Positions 22,761 through 34,447 of a stretch of 64,000 nucleotides of DNA are shown in pieces. Source of the stretch: Lama glama (Eukaryota). The position numbers were made by a program, and so were the translations under genes. The notes beneath the pieces were generated by a model. It was not told the origin of the DNA. It worked only from the letters and a program-made list of their open reading frames with translations, and did not search any database. The number at the start of each line of letters is the position of its first letter. The stretch's first letter is position 1. The stretch is taken from NCBI GenBank assembly GCA_028534125.1, contig CM052817.1:26538001-26602000 (forward strand), given 5' to 3'.

Positions 22761-25700
22761 CCAATAGTGGTTCCACACTCCAGCTCCTTGGTTACATAAC
22801 TGGGAGGGCCTGTAGGAACACCCAGTCCCAGAAAGAAAAGTCTTAGTATGACAGTATGACAGACAGTGTGACAGACAGTCCAGAGATGTCTTTACTTTCC
22901 TATCAAGTCACCTGTGAGTTCATTACAGAGTTTGACGACCATCCATCTAGCTCTTCTTTCTCTGGTCTTCTTTGTTCATCTTTTCCCTTCTGCCATCCTT
23001 CCATCTTTTTGTGTCTTCTCTGCCCCTCCTGTAGGCTTGGACTCCATGTAGAAGGTCCCTGGTGGAGGCTTATGTCCTTCAGAGCGAAACAGCTATGACA
23101 CAAACACACCTCCTCTTGATTACTATTGACACGTGTCAGACAGAACTATTCAATGTTAGGCTCTCACAGTCACTTTCCTCCATTTTACCAGACTTCCTCC
23201 CAGGAAGGGCTGGGAGGGGGCTCTGGGGAGGAAGGAAGAGGGGTGAGGGGGAAAGAAAACCCTCATCCTGCCACAACACAGAGCCTCGGATTTTGCTCTG
23301 CTTTGATGCCAACATCTCTGATTCTCCCTGGTTCGTTCTGAAGTTTGGGGGTGGGGAAGGGAGGAGGGCATGAAAGTGGCTGAGCCTCTAAGCTATGGCA
23401 TGGCTCTAAGAAGCTGTTCGATGAGGACTCTTGAATGGACACACTATTTCCCTCCCCTCCAAAAAATGACAGTCATCTTGGGTGAGGCTGTTGTTAGAGC
23501 TGACTGGCTGGAGGTTTGTGCAGAACAGACTCAGGGTCTCTTCTCTGCCAGGGTGTTTTCAGAATGGAACTTTTCACGTGACAGAGTCATCTGGCCTTTC
23601 TGATGGGTCTGTGATCTGATTAAACCACTGCGGTAAAAGACCTTTTCTTTTTTTTAAAATTTCCAATCATTGCAGACCAAAAGTGCTTAAAAGCACAATA
23701 AATTCCTAGAAGGAAAAAAGACAAAGAATTAAAAGGAAAAAAAAAATGAAGTAAAAAAAGGCCAAAATACACAAGTCCTATTTTTTAATATTAGATTCAA
23801 CAGACATTACCCAACTGCTAAAAAGTTTTCTAAATACATACTCTTGATTTCTGTGCTTCTCTTGCTGTGGTCCAGTAATAGTTTGCAGACCTGCCTTGCC
23901 TGGTTTTTGGACCACACTTTGAGCAGCTTTGATCTAGTTCACTCATTCCTTCTCTGTTTGGGAAAGTTCATTCACTCATTTCTTCTCCGAATAAACATTT
24001 ACTAAGCAGCTATTATAGGCGGGGTATGTAGGTTGATCCTGCTTTCTTGGGATTACTCTGACACATGATTTTGTGTTATTACTACATACTTAAATTGCAA
24101 CAGTCATGTAATACATCATTATAATGTGATGTTGACTGTAATAGCATTAAAAAGAAAAATTGTCCCAGATTAAGACCCTTTCCATGTATGATGTAATTCA
24201 AAACCTCCTTCTGGGAAGAAAATCAGTGTTTTCAATAAAACACCTACGCAATTTTCTGACAGACTGTAATGAGATAAAGACTTGCTCTGGGAAATTAGTC
24301 ACCCTCGCACCTCCTTCCCCCATTCCCAGTTGACCATCAGACAACAGTCTAGTTGACCTTTAGCTATACATTCTTTCCTTTCCGTGTCTAGTCTGATTCT
24401 CTGGCCATTCCTGTCAAGTGTGAATCTTTGAAATGGATTCCTAGGGACCCTTTCCCTTGAAGAAGGGCTGCAATAAATACAGTTTGACACATGATCATAT
24501 ATCTAAAGAGATAGGAGGAGACAATTTTGATGGGTTGGTGGAGTTGGTGGGAGCAAGCTTTATAATATTTCTGAGTCTCAGTTTTTTCATCTATGAAATG
24601 AAGAGAGTAATACCTCAGGTTGTGAGGATCAGGTGAGGCACTGAATGGAAGAAGCTTGGTATGTAATGAGAGTGTACCAAGTGTTCACCTTGTTACGGTG
24701 ATGACGGTGGACACCTGGTCTCCTTGAAGTCAGAAGCCCTGTGGTACCAGGTTACTCCTTAGCTCCAGATGAAGCTCTGGGTCTTAGCCTGCTCTCATAG
24801 GAATGAAACCAGAAGGAACAGATCTCACCGTGGGGCTCAGAAAAGCGACTGTCTAGAGCAGCAAAAGCCCAGTCCCTCGGGGGAGGCGGGGCCAGCCTGA
24901 AGTGGGTAAGTCAGCCAGACTTGTGTATGGGGTGACACTCACATTTCCCACACTTTCAAAACTCCCCCAAAGGTAGAGGGGAGGGAACTAAGCTAGAATC
25001 AGCTTGGGGCTGACTTTGGCTGAAAGACTTGGGCCACAGCAGGTGTTTGAGCTGGAAGCCGGCCAAGTCGACTCACTGCACAGCTGCGGGAGGAGGCAGC
25101 GGCCTCCTGTGGTCGCAGTTCTGACGCTGTTACCCCGGCTTCGTTTCTGGGCTGTCCTCTTCCACAGCCTTCCTCTTAGCTCGAGGCTCGGGCCTAGGGG
25201 CCCAGCGAGGCTGCAGTATTCTGCGGGGTCTGTGTCCTTCTTTCTGCCCTCTGTAGATGATCACTTGTTATGTAGTGAATAATTTTTCTCCTTCAACCTC
25301 CATCTCCTTCTGCTGAAAAAGTGAGATCTGTGTGTAAGAGGCTCTGGAAGAGGCGTGAGGGAGAAATGGAGGAGCGGTCAAGGGAGAGGGAGGAGGGGAG
25401 ATGGGAGTCTGGCCCATGTCCCCAGCCCACATTATACGGTGGAGACTTACACACCGACCGTTCTCTGCCATGGCCCCTGTGGTAAAGGGAAGAGGAGGAG
25501 GCAGGAGGAGCTGAGGGTGAGGCAGCTGGTCCAGCGCCGCTAGCCTGCAGGGCACCTTTGTAAGGATTAGAAAATGTGCCTGCTCTGGGTGCACATGGCC
25601 CCTCTGCAGCCCACAGAGCTCGGCAAGCCCGGCACAGGCTCGGTTTCAGTCTCCACTGTCCCTTCTACCTAGAGTTTTGTTCAGTGAACAGCCTGCACGA

Positions 25701-26899
25701 CGGGGACCAGCAGTCCTGACTGGGGGAAGACTGGCCCCAAACGCTGTGGAAGATGAGGACTGACAAGAAACTGAGATTAGTGAAGAGGTAAACCTGCCCT
25801 TGGTTATGGCTACCATGTCTGGTGGGTATAAGATGCAGTCCATCTCTGGAGAGGAAGCCTCATTACTAGGCAGCTCCTCTTACTCAGAGTACAGCCCTTT
25901 ACTTCCTCCACAAGGCATCAGTCAAACCCTGTGTAGTCTAGTTCTCCCCCTTCTCTTCCACCAAACTTGGACTCTGTCCCCCTTCCTTTGAGCTCCCTAG
26001 GAAGAGGCTTCCTGGGCTTCAGAGTGAAATTTCCACTCTCAGCATTTCTACTACTAATATTCAACTGCCTCTTACAGGAAAACTCTAGTGCCTCATTCTG
26101 CTAAAAGAATCTCTTTTTTTCCCTCTTACCAAATGACACCTCTTTTAGGAAGAAAGACAGAAAAAAGATAAGAGGGCAAAGAAACACGAGAGTGGAGAAA
26201 ATCCTGCCTAGCCGCACATAAGTTTTTGCTTTAATTCTTTTCTTCCCCTCTTGGAGAGAACGTCTGAAATGTTCATCAGATTCTCATAAGAGTCCATGAT
26301 TCTCAAACCTCAAGAGCCATTGCTATAAAATGATTCATGAAATCCAAACAAAAGGGGCACAGTAATTGCAGGGAGGGTTTATCAAATTTACTTTATCCCA
26401 CTGTCTGATTTCAGAGGATTATCTAGTTTCTTTCAGACCATGAGCAGGAACGCTGCTGCTTATTTCCCTGTCTGGCTTGGATGGCCCCCAGAATCACATT
26501 ATTCTAATTGCCAACCAGCAGGCATCCTGTTTTTTAACCTCTCATCCTCCACTAGGTCACCAGAATTGTAATCCTACAGTGTATCTTTCTCCACCAGACT
26601 CCAAGCAGCTCACTGGTGTTAGACTCCTCCATCATCTGGCCCACCCAGCCTCTCTGACTTGATCTTGCTCTGCTCTCTAGCCAGCCCTGCATGCCAGCCA
26701 GGTTGGTCTACGTACTGCCCACCACATGGGCATCATAACCATCTGCCTCCAGGTCTTCAGTCATAACCTAGACCCTTGTCACCCTTTTCTCCTTGATTTC
26801 CCAGAAGCTTCTCATCATCTAAGGCCAGCTCTCTGAAGTGGTGTACGTTCTATGTTCCCACGGCGCCCCGTTTCCCCCACCATGGACCCCATGACTGTG

Positions 26900-27033
26900 T
26901 GCTGTTGCTCTTGCCTGCCCTGTCCCTCTCTCCCGCTGGTCAGTGAGTTTCTTCAGGACAGGGCCTGTGTCTGGCCAACGTTCCCAACATTGCCTGGAAC
27001 TTAGTAAGTGCTTGATAAATGTTTGTTGGATAA
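26900..27033 (+). mobile_element. L2 3' end
   Basis: GTGAGTTTCTTCAGGACAGGGCCTGTGTC...GCCTGGAACTTAGTAAGTGCTTGATAAATGTTTGTTG. Confidence 0.7.
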
Positions 27034-27089
27034 CCGAGGTCTTCCCTGACAGTTACAGCGCATGATTTCCCACCTCCCAGGGCTGTATT

Positions 27090-27275
27090 TCCCCAAACTT
27101 CTATTATATCCACTGTTTGTACCAGAGGCTGATGATCAGAATTACTGGGAGAGTTCTTATAAAATACAAATTCTCAGAGCTCTGTCCCAGCTCTACTGAA
27201 TCAGAATCTAGAGGGGTGGGCCCCAGAATCTGTAGTCCTACAAAGTTCCCTAGATGGTTCTGATGATCTAGTTTG
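27090..27275. mobile_element. hAT-Charlie MITE (MER5-like)
   Basis: CTACTGAATCAGAATCT...GGTGGGCCCCAGAATCTG...GGTTCTGATG. Confidence 0.75.
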
Positions 27276-27283
27276 CCTTATAT

Positions 27284-28071
27284 CAGCAGTTCTCAAAATT
27301 TTTAGGCTTAGGGCCACTTTACACTCTTAAAAATCATTGAAAAATCTAAGGAGTTTTTGTTGATATGGGTTGTAGTTAATGTTAACCAAACTAAAATTAC
27401 AATGGATAAATGCCAAAATATATATTAATTCATTTTAAATAATAATAAAGCCATTAAATGTTAGCATAAACAACACATTCTTAAAGAATAACTATATTTT
27501 CCTAAACAAAAATTTTAATGAGAAGAGTACCATTGTTTAATATTTTTGCAAATTATTTTAATGTCTAACTTAATAGATGATAGTTGCATCTAATATCTGT
27601 TTCTGCATTCGATCTGGGGCAAGTTGCATTGCATAGTTTTGGATGAAATATATGAAGATAATTCAGCTTCACACAAAGACAAGCATTTTAATAGCATTTT
27701 CAGATCATTGTGGATATTTTTCATTGAAAGTACTCCAAAAATTTATATTACAGTTTCTTAAAGGTTAGTTGTAATGTGAAATCTGAAACCATCTCTATGA
27801 AATCTGTATACTTGTGGAGAATGAATGAAATAGACAAGTCCTTAGTATTATTATATAATTTAAGTTTTTTTTGAGGATTCTATAGCAATTTACTGTTTAT
27901 TATTTCTAAAACTTTTTCACAAAGATTCACATATATAACACATCCTCAAATGTTTTAAAGGCATTATCACTCTAAATAACTGACATTTTTTGAGCCAAGT
28001 TATGAGCACTTACATCACAGAGAGTCTTGTAGAGCCCCGGGAGTTCCTGAATCACACTTTGAGAAACTGCT
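27284..28071. mobile_element. Charlie1-type hAT deletion derivative
   Basis: TIRs CAGCAGTTCTCAAA...TTTGAGAAACTGCT; subterminal CTTTACACTCTTAAAAATCATTGA; AT-rich body. Confidence 0.8.
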
Positions 28072-29924
28072 ATATTTCACAACATTTAGCACTTATATCT
28101 TGTTCTCAGAATGCTTAATTCATTCAATAAGTATGGCTAAATGCTACGTGCCAGGTGGTGTTCTGGGCATTGAGGTTCTAAATGTAACTGATCCCACTAC
28201 CAAATTATATTGAAGACAGTGGCCCCAGTTTCAGAGATGCCTCCTGAGAACCCAGTTTCAGGGCTGCTGTGGGGCATTCCACACCTTTGTGTGAATTAGA
28301 AAAAGTCACTTCCTCTGAAGAGATGCGTCTTATGGGCACACACTTCAGCAAGCAGAGCCCCCTGCTTCTGATGGACATCACCCTGCTCTGGACACAGGTG
28401 AGAGGACTGTGGGTAGAATTGCAGCCACTACTCACTTGTTGGCTGGATACTTTTATGCAGTGAACAACTGAGGCAACTGCTCATGGTAGCCTTCCATGTT
28501 TTATATTTCTCTTGACCTCTAAGCTGGTAAGCCTCAGAACCAGAATTTGAAGCCCAGCAGCGAGGCTCCAGAAAGTTCCAGTAAGTCTGTGACCTTAACC
28601 ACCAGACTCTGCAATTCCTGGTGCATAGTGAACTCTCCCCACGTGGCAGGGGCATGGGTAGTAGTTGTCATATTACATCCTTTTAGGCTTAGCAGATTCT
28701 GTTAACAGATTTATACAGACTTGACAAATGTACTTCCTAAAGACAATAAAAATAACTGAACTTATTTCATATAGGGACATATACACAGTTAACTTTACAA
28801 ATATATACTCAACAACTACAAGGAATGCTGGTCCACTTTAATATTAATTATTAAAACTCTGTTCCTGGGGTGTTGATGAACCTCTCAGCCAAGTGACATC
28901 ATTGTCTGGGCACTGTTTTCAACTGTGTCAAATGCTACTGATGTTCAAGTGAAAGAGAACTGAGAATTGGCTTTTGGATTTATTAACGTAGCAGTCACCT
29001 TATCAAGAGCAGTTTCATTCGAAGGGGGTTGGCAAAAGCTTGATTGGCATGCGTTCCATAGAGAATTTTTTGATTGGGTCTAACTGAAATGTTAAAGAAT
29101 GGGACCTTCATCGGCTGGATTTCTGTAGTACTCTGCATTTTGTGTGGCTGTATTTCACACCTTTGCTACTGCATGAATCTGGGCAAAGGTTGAAGATGCA
29201 GTTCTGCAGTTGCCTTCAGATTGGTGGGGGACTCACTCTCTGCAGCTGAGTGATGAGACTACCTGCAACGTGGTGAGCTAAGAATAGAAGAGGTCTGGGG
29301 CGGGGGGGGGGTGTCTCTCAGCATCTAATCAAAGATCACACAGCCCAGCAAGTACAGACAGCCTGAAGATGACCCAGGACACAAGGATGTGGTTGGTGGG
29401 GGTGGAGGAGGGAGGGAGGAAGACCAAGAGAGAGAGAGGGCAGGTGAATTTTTCATTGCTTCCAAGATTCATCTGAACAAAGATTAAAACTTTGTGAAAG
29501 GGGCCAGGAGAGAACAAAACACAGCCTGGCAAAATCAAGCTTGGACTGGCTCCACGTGGCCATGGCCCTCTGTTCTCCCAGCTGCAGTGTTTTCAATTAT
29601 GAAAGGAGGGGACTGGTCTCTGACCTTGAAAGTCTTTTCTGGTGCTCTGAGCTGGTATCACATGGCTGTAAGTTCTACAGGTTGAGAGTAATTATTTTTT
29701 AAACAACTTCTTTTTTTTTTCTTTTTAGTTTTTCTTCCTAACAAGAAGGGAAGAATGTGTCAGAAGTGAACTTTTCTTGGAACCCATAGTACATACAAAG
29801 AATAGTAACATGAAACTGTCTTTTCATTAATGTTCTAATATGTCTCTTTCAGCCTTTCTGGATATTTAACATGCTTTCCTATGATGTTTTATAAATTTAT
29901 ATCAAGGGTATATGATATAAAGGT

Positions 29925-30160
29925 TAAAAGCCAGGTTTTAGCATCATCAGATGAATCTGAGTTTAAGTTCTTTCATGGCCTTTGGTTAGTTGTGTGACCA
30001 AAGGCAAATTATGCAGCTTTTCCAAATCCCTGCTTTCTGAAACATAAAATTGGAGATAATACAAATACTTTTCTCATGGGTTTTTGTGGGAATTAGGTGA
30101 GGTAAATGAGGGTTAAGAGCTTCACACTGGGTCTGGCACATAGTAGGCACTCATTAGCTG
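29925..30160 (+). mobile_element. MIR SINE
   Basis: TAGTTGTGTGACCAAAGGCAAATTA...GGAGATAATA...CTGGCACATAGTAGGCACTCA. Confidence 0.7.
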
Positions 30161-32412
30161 CTCTTACCACTATGACCAACACCATCATCATCTATGAAGT
30201 AGGAAAGGGCAAAAAGAATCAAGCATTTTACAGACGGGAAAAACCAGAGTTTTATATTCAACTGGTAAGAATAGGAAGAGAACTACGTCCCACCTGCTCG
30301 TCGATGAAGCTGTCTTTAGTCAGTAGCTCCCTTCTTCCGTCGTTAAAATAAACCACAAAGGCATCCACACCCTCCTTTGGATGAATGTTGGAGTGGATGG
30401 AGGGTCTTCTACTCGGTGGTAGAATCCGGGAGAGGGAGCCCTTCCTTTCCATGTGCAACCAGACGGGGACATGCCGAGTGTGAGTGTGGCTGTGACACAC
30501 AGTGTGCAGACGTTCCACTGGACAACTTGGAACCGGGAGAAATGGGATTATGCCGTTTACCTGATGGGCTGAACACAGCGTTCTGTCCCTGGTGAGGATG
30601 AAACCTTTGTTTATTTCCCCTGATGCAGTCTGATCCAGCACTAGATGTGGGATTTTGTTTTGTTCTGTTTGCTTTTTAACAATAAGAAGGAATGAATGTG
30701 GGTTTGGGAGTGGGAGTGAGAGAAAGAATCCCAGTATAAATATCAGATTGCAGGTTCTAAGAGAATAAAAATTTTTGCTTATAAAAATAAAACCTTTGCA
30801 ATAAAACATACCAATACTCAAATTTATTGATATATACCAGTAAAATAATATACTGTGATTCACTTTGAGCAATGGCCTACAAATACTTACATTTTTATGA
30901 CAGTGTAGCATAATGATCTGCATCTTCCAAACTTTAAAATTATAGTATATTTGTTAATAATGTTATTAAAATCTTATAAACTCGGAATGGCAACAATTTA
31001 TATTATTCAATATTCCGTTCCGATCATTTGCAATGTGTAGTTGTATCTTTGTAGAATGGCAATTAATGTGTATATACTATTTTGTGTATACATTTTTTCA
31101 TTTAACGTTATTTTCTGAGCAAATGTTCATGTTTTCCCATGGTGATACTCATTTTATGGCTAAATATTTCATTGCTTGAGTAGATGCCGTGAATATCTAA
31201 ATGTTTTTGCCTTTATATTATTTCTCTGGGGTCTCTTCAATAGATATTTTTACCTTGATCAGAGGGTATACATATATCATAATTCTTATCAAAGTTATTC
31301 AATACTTAACCACTTAATGTTGTTTTGGTCCCCATCCATTCTTAGGATAGTTCTAAAATAATAATCTCCTTTAAAGTTAGCTTTAGTTGATAATCATTTA
31401 CTAGAACAATGTAAAGATTAGAATAATTCTCACAAGGCAAAGGGACTAAAGTAACTTTATTGAGCCTCTACTAGGGGCAGTTTGTATCTCTCTAAGCAAT
31501 ACGCATGGATTTAGTTAATAAGTGGGAAATCTGGGCTTTAAACCTTATCAGTCTAGCTCCAGAGTTTATGCCCTAGACCACTGTCTGTTTTGGTAAAACT
31601 AACTCAATTTTTAAAGACTCCTCTAAGGCATGTGTAATTAACCCCATTTTACAGAGAAAACTGAAGCCAAGAGGGTTTAAATCAAGAGCTCAAACTGAGG
31701 TATATAGATGCGGTCAACACAGGATGACAGTTTTTAGCTCCACTCTCTCATTTTGCTTAGAATATATAGCGCTCTCAATCTCTATTAATAGTCATGGTTA
31801 TAAGAACTCTTTTAGTTTACTTTTAACCCAATGATGAGAAAAAGACCACCTCAGGAATGACAATTAATGAAATGTTACTAGTGAGAGTCGAGGTCTCTCA
31901 ATTAGACAACACAAACAATTTAAAATGGAAAATGAACATTCTTGTTGAAGTTCATAGGTAAAGTGGCTGTCGGTAATGTTTAAGGCATGACTTTGTCAGG
32001 CCTGCCTGTGGTTCATACAGTTAAGTCACTTGAGTTCCCAGCCTCTATTTCTTCATCTTTAAACTGGGGACAATAACATCTACCTCATCGCATTGTATAG
32101 AGAGGTCATGCACTGAAGCACATGTAACTGCTCAGTAAGTGTTACCCACCATGAAACATTATTATGATGATGATGATGGTCCCATGATTCTCATCATTGT
32201 TCTGTTCCTTTAGAAAATAGAACCGCAAAAGAGTATATAACTCAAAAAAAAAAAGGCAATTAATGTCAAGTATCACTCGGCTTCTGTATCAGAGAGAAAA
32301 TAGGGAACAGTGGCAGAAGCAGTAGGGAGCTGCAGAATTCACGTCTCATCTCAGGGGGCTGCTTACCCCTGCTAAGTGCTGCCACGTGGGACAGCATGCC
32401 CAGTATGGCCAG

Positions 32413-32939
32413 GTACATCAGTTAGCTACTTCTACATAACAAACTACGCCAAAACTCAGTAGCTTAAAACAATTAGCATTGATTATTTATCCACAATCTG
32501 TGGATCAGGTGAGTGGTTCTAGTCTTGGCTGGATTCACTCATGCAGGTGTGATCAGCTAGCAGGGTAGCTCTGGGTTGGCTTTCCTGAACTTGGATAGGC
32601 TCTTTTCTGTCTTGGCTGGGACAACCGAGATAATTTATCTTTGTTCGATATGATCTCCCATTTTCCAGTAGGCTAACCCAAGCTTGTTCACATGGGGTCT
32701 TAGCAGGTTTCTAAGAGAGAGATGTGTCCAAGGCCTCTTAGGTCCAGGCCCAGGATTGGCACACTGTCATTTCTGTCATACCCTATTGGCCAAGGCAAGT
32801 CACAAGGCTGATCCAGAGGAAAAGGGTACGGATACAAACTCCAACCCTTTTATGGGAAAAGCTGTAGGGTGACACTGCAAAGTGTGTGGACAAAGGGACA
32901 GGTGAAGAACTGAGGCCCTTTTAGCGATCATCTGCTACA
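32413..32939. mobile_element. MaLR LTR (older MLT1), apparently splitting an old hAT element
   Basis: CATAACAAACTACGCCAAAACTCAGTAGCTTAAAAC...CTATTGGCCAAGGCAAGTCACAAGGC. Confidence 0.8.
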
Positions 32940-34043
32940 TCCAATCTTCCAAGTTTCTAGGAGAAGCCAGACATCTAGATCTTTATGCAAAATCTTCCTG
33001 AGTATTAAGTATTAGCAATTAATTTACAACTTTTAAGACAGTGGTAGGCCAACACTCTGTGGCTGAACATGTCACCTCTGGGCTGGATGTGGTTTGTGGG
33101 CCCTTTGCAACCTCTGGTAAATAGTTTGTTCCTGTTTCCACCATCATTGGCTGAGAAGGAGATTTGACCCTGGGCTGTCTTAACTCTAGGTCCACATTCA
33201 TTCAGCAAACATTTGCATGCCTTCCAAGTACAGGCTTTGACAGACAGAGATAAATAAAGCATAAAACCTTCCTTGAAGGGAGTTCAGTTCAAAAGTAGGG
33301 GACAATATGCAAATAAACATTTAATTCATGTGATTAAATGCTACAGATTGGTTAATATAACTCTGGGTCTCTCTCTCTCTCTTTGCCCTTTTATATATAC
33401 CACACTTTGAAGGTGGGGCGAATGATCTCACTGTTAAATTTGGGGAAAACACCTGGGTATGTTTGGCTCAGTCCTTTTCCGTATACTCTTGGGGCCAGGC
33501 CTGGCCAAGGAGAGTGCATGTTCTCTGACCCTTCCTGCTGAAAACCCTCCCAGAACAGGTGCTGGCCTCTATCCGCCCCCTGCCCCTGGGGAGCACTGCT
33601 GAGAATGGGTGGGAAATCCACCTGATTCTGGCATCCAGGAAGCAAGCTCATTTAACCCGTAGTTTTAGGAGACTAAGCCATGTCCTTCCACCCAGCTTTA
33701 TCAGTAACAAAGGTGACATCTTGGCCTCCAGCTTTCTCTTCTATTTTATTTCTTAACTTGTTCAGACCCAGGTAGGGAAGAGAAATATTATTCATTGAGG
33801 GACAGCCTCAGAGGCCTCAATGGTACTGTGCTTACGATTAGAGCGCATATATGTACACACTCTCACACTCTATAGCGTTCTCTACATACAGACACAGACA
33901 CACACACGGCACTATGGGGCCCCTGACTGCTCGTACCTTCACCATGCTGCCTCCCAGAACTCAGCCTTGAGACTGAGTGTACCTAAGTGGGGATGTAAGT
34001 CTCACGTTCAAAGAAAATAGAAATGTTCTTAATCCAAATAAAA

Positions 34044-34306
34044 CCCCAAACACATTCTATGAAGCCACCATTACCTTGTTACCAAAACCAGACAAAGACA
34101 CTACCCCAAAAAGAAAATTATGGCCAATATCTCTGATGAATATAGAATAGATGCAAAAATTCTCAACAAAATATTAGCAACCTGGATCCAACAGCATTAA
34201 AAAAGACCATACAGTACAATCAAGTTGGATTCATCCCAGGGACACAAGAGTGGTTCAACATACACAAATCAACACGATGCACCGCATCAACAAAAGAAAG
34301 GACAAA
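34044..34306 (+). mobile_element. Isolated L1 ORF2 reverse-transcriptase fragment
   Basis: Translates with frameshifts to [18 protein letters not shown]...PISLMN..DAKILNKILA..IQQH...QVGFIPG.Q.WFNI, the N-terminal RT region of L1 ORF2. Confidence 0.9.
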
Positions 34307-34370
34307 CAAAAGCTGGCATGGAAAGCGTGGGGCAGCACTTCCTATCGCATTATGAAATTACCTGTTATAT

Positions 34371-34447
34371 ATATATTTTTTTCATTTCCTCTGATACTCT
34401 TTTTGTGTGTGTCTTTTTTTTTTTTTATTGAAGTATGGTCTGTTACA
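34371..34447 (-). mobile_element. Extremely 5'-truncated L1 3' end with extra tail sequence
   Basis: Minus strand TGTAACAGACCATACTTCAATAAAAAAA; perfect 11-bp TSD ACCTGTTATAT (34360-34370 / 34448-34458). Confidence 0.75.

Noticed and set aside
30258..30923. 221-aa minus-strand ORF
   Set aside because: No recognisable homology, composition typical of AT-rich non-coding DNA, and no supporting exon structure.
34044..34447. Single twin-primed (5'-inverted) L1 made of the RT fragment plus the short 3' end
   Set aside because: The RT fragment lies on the poly(A) side and outside the 11-bp TSD, so the geometry is wrong; two events are more likely.
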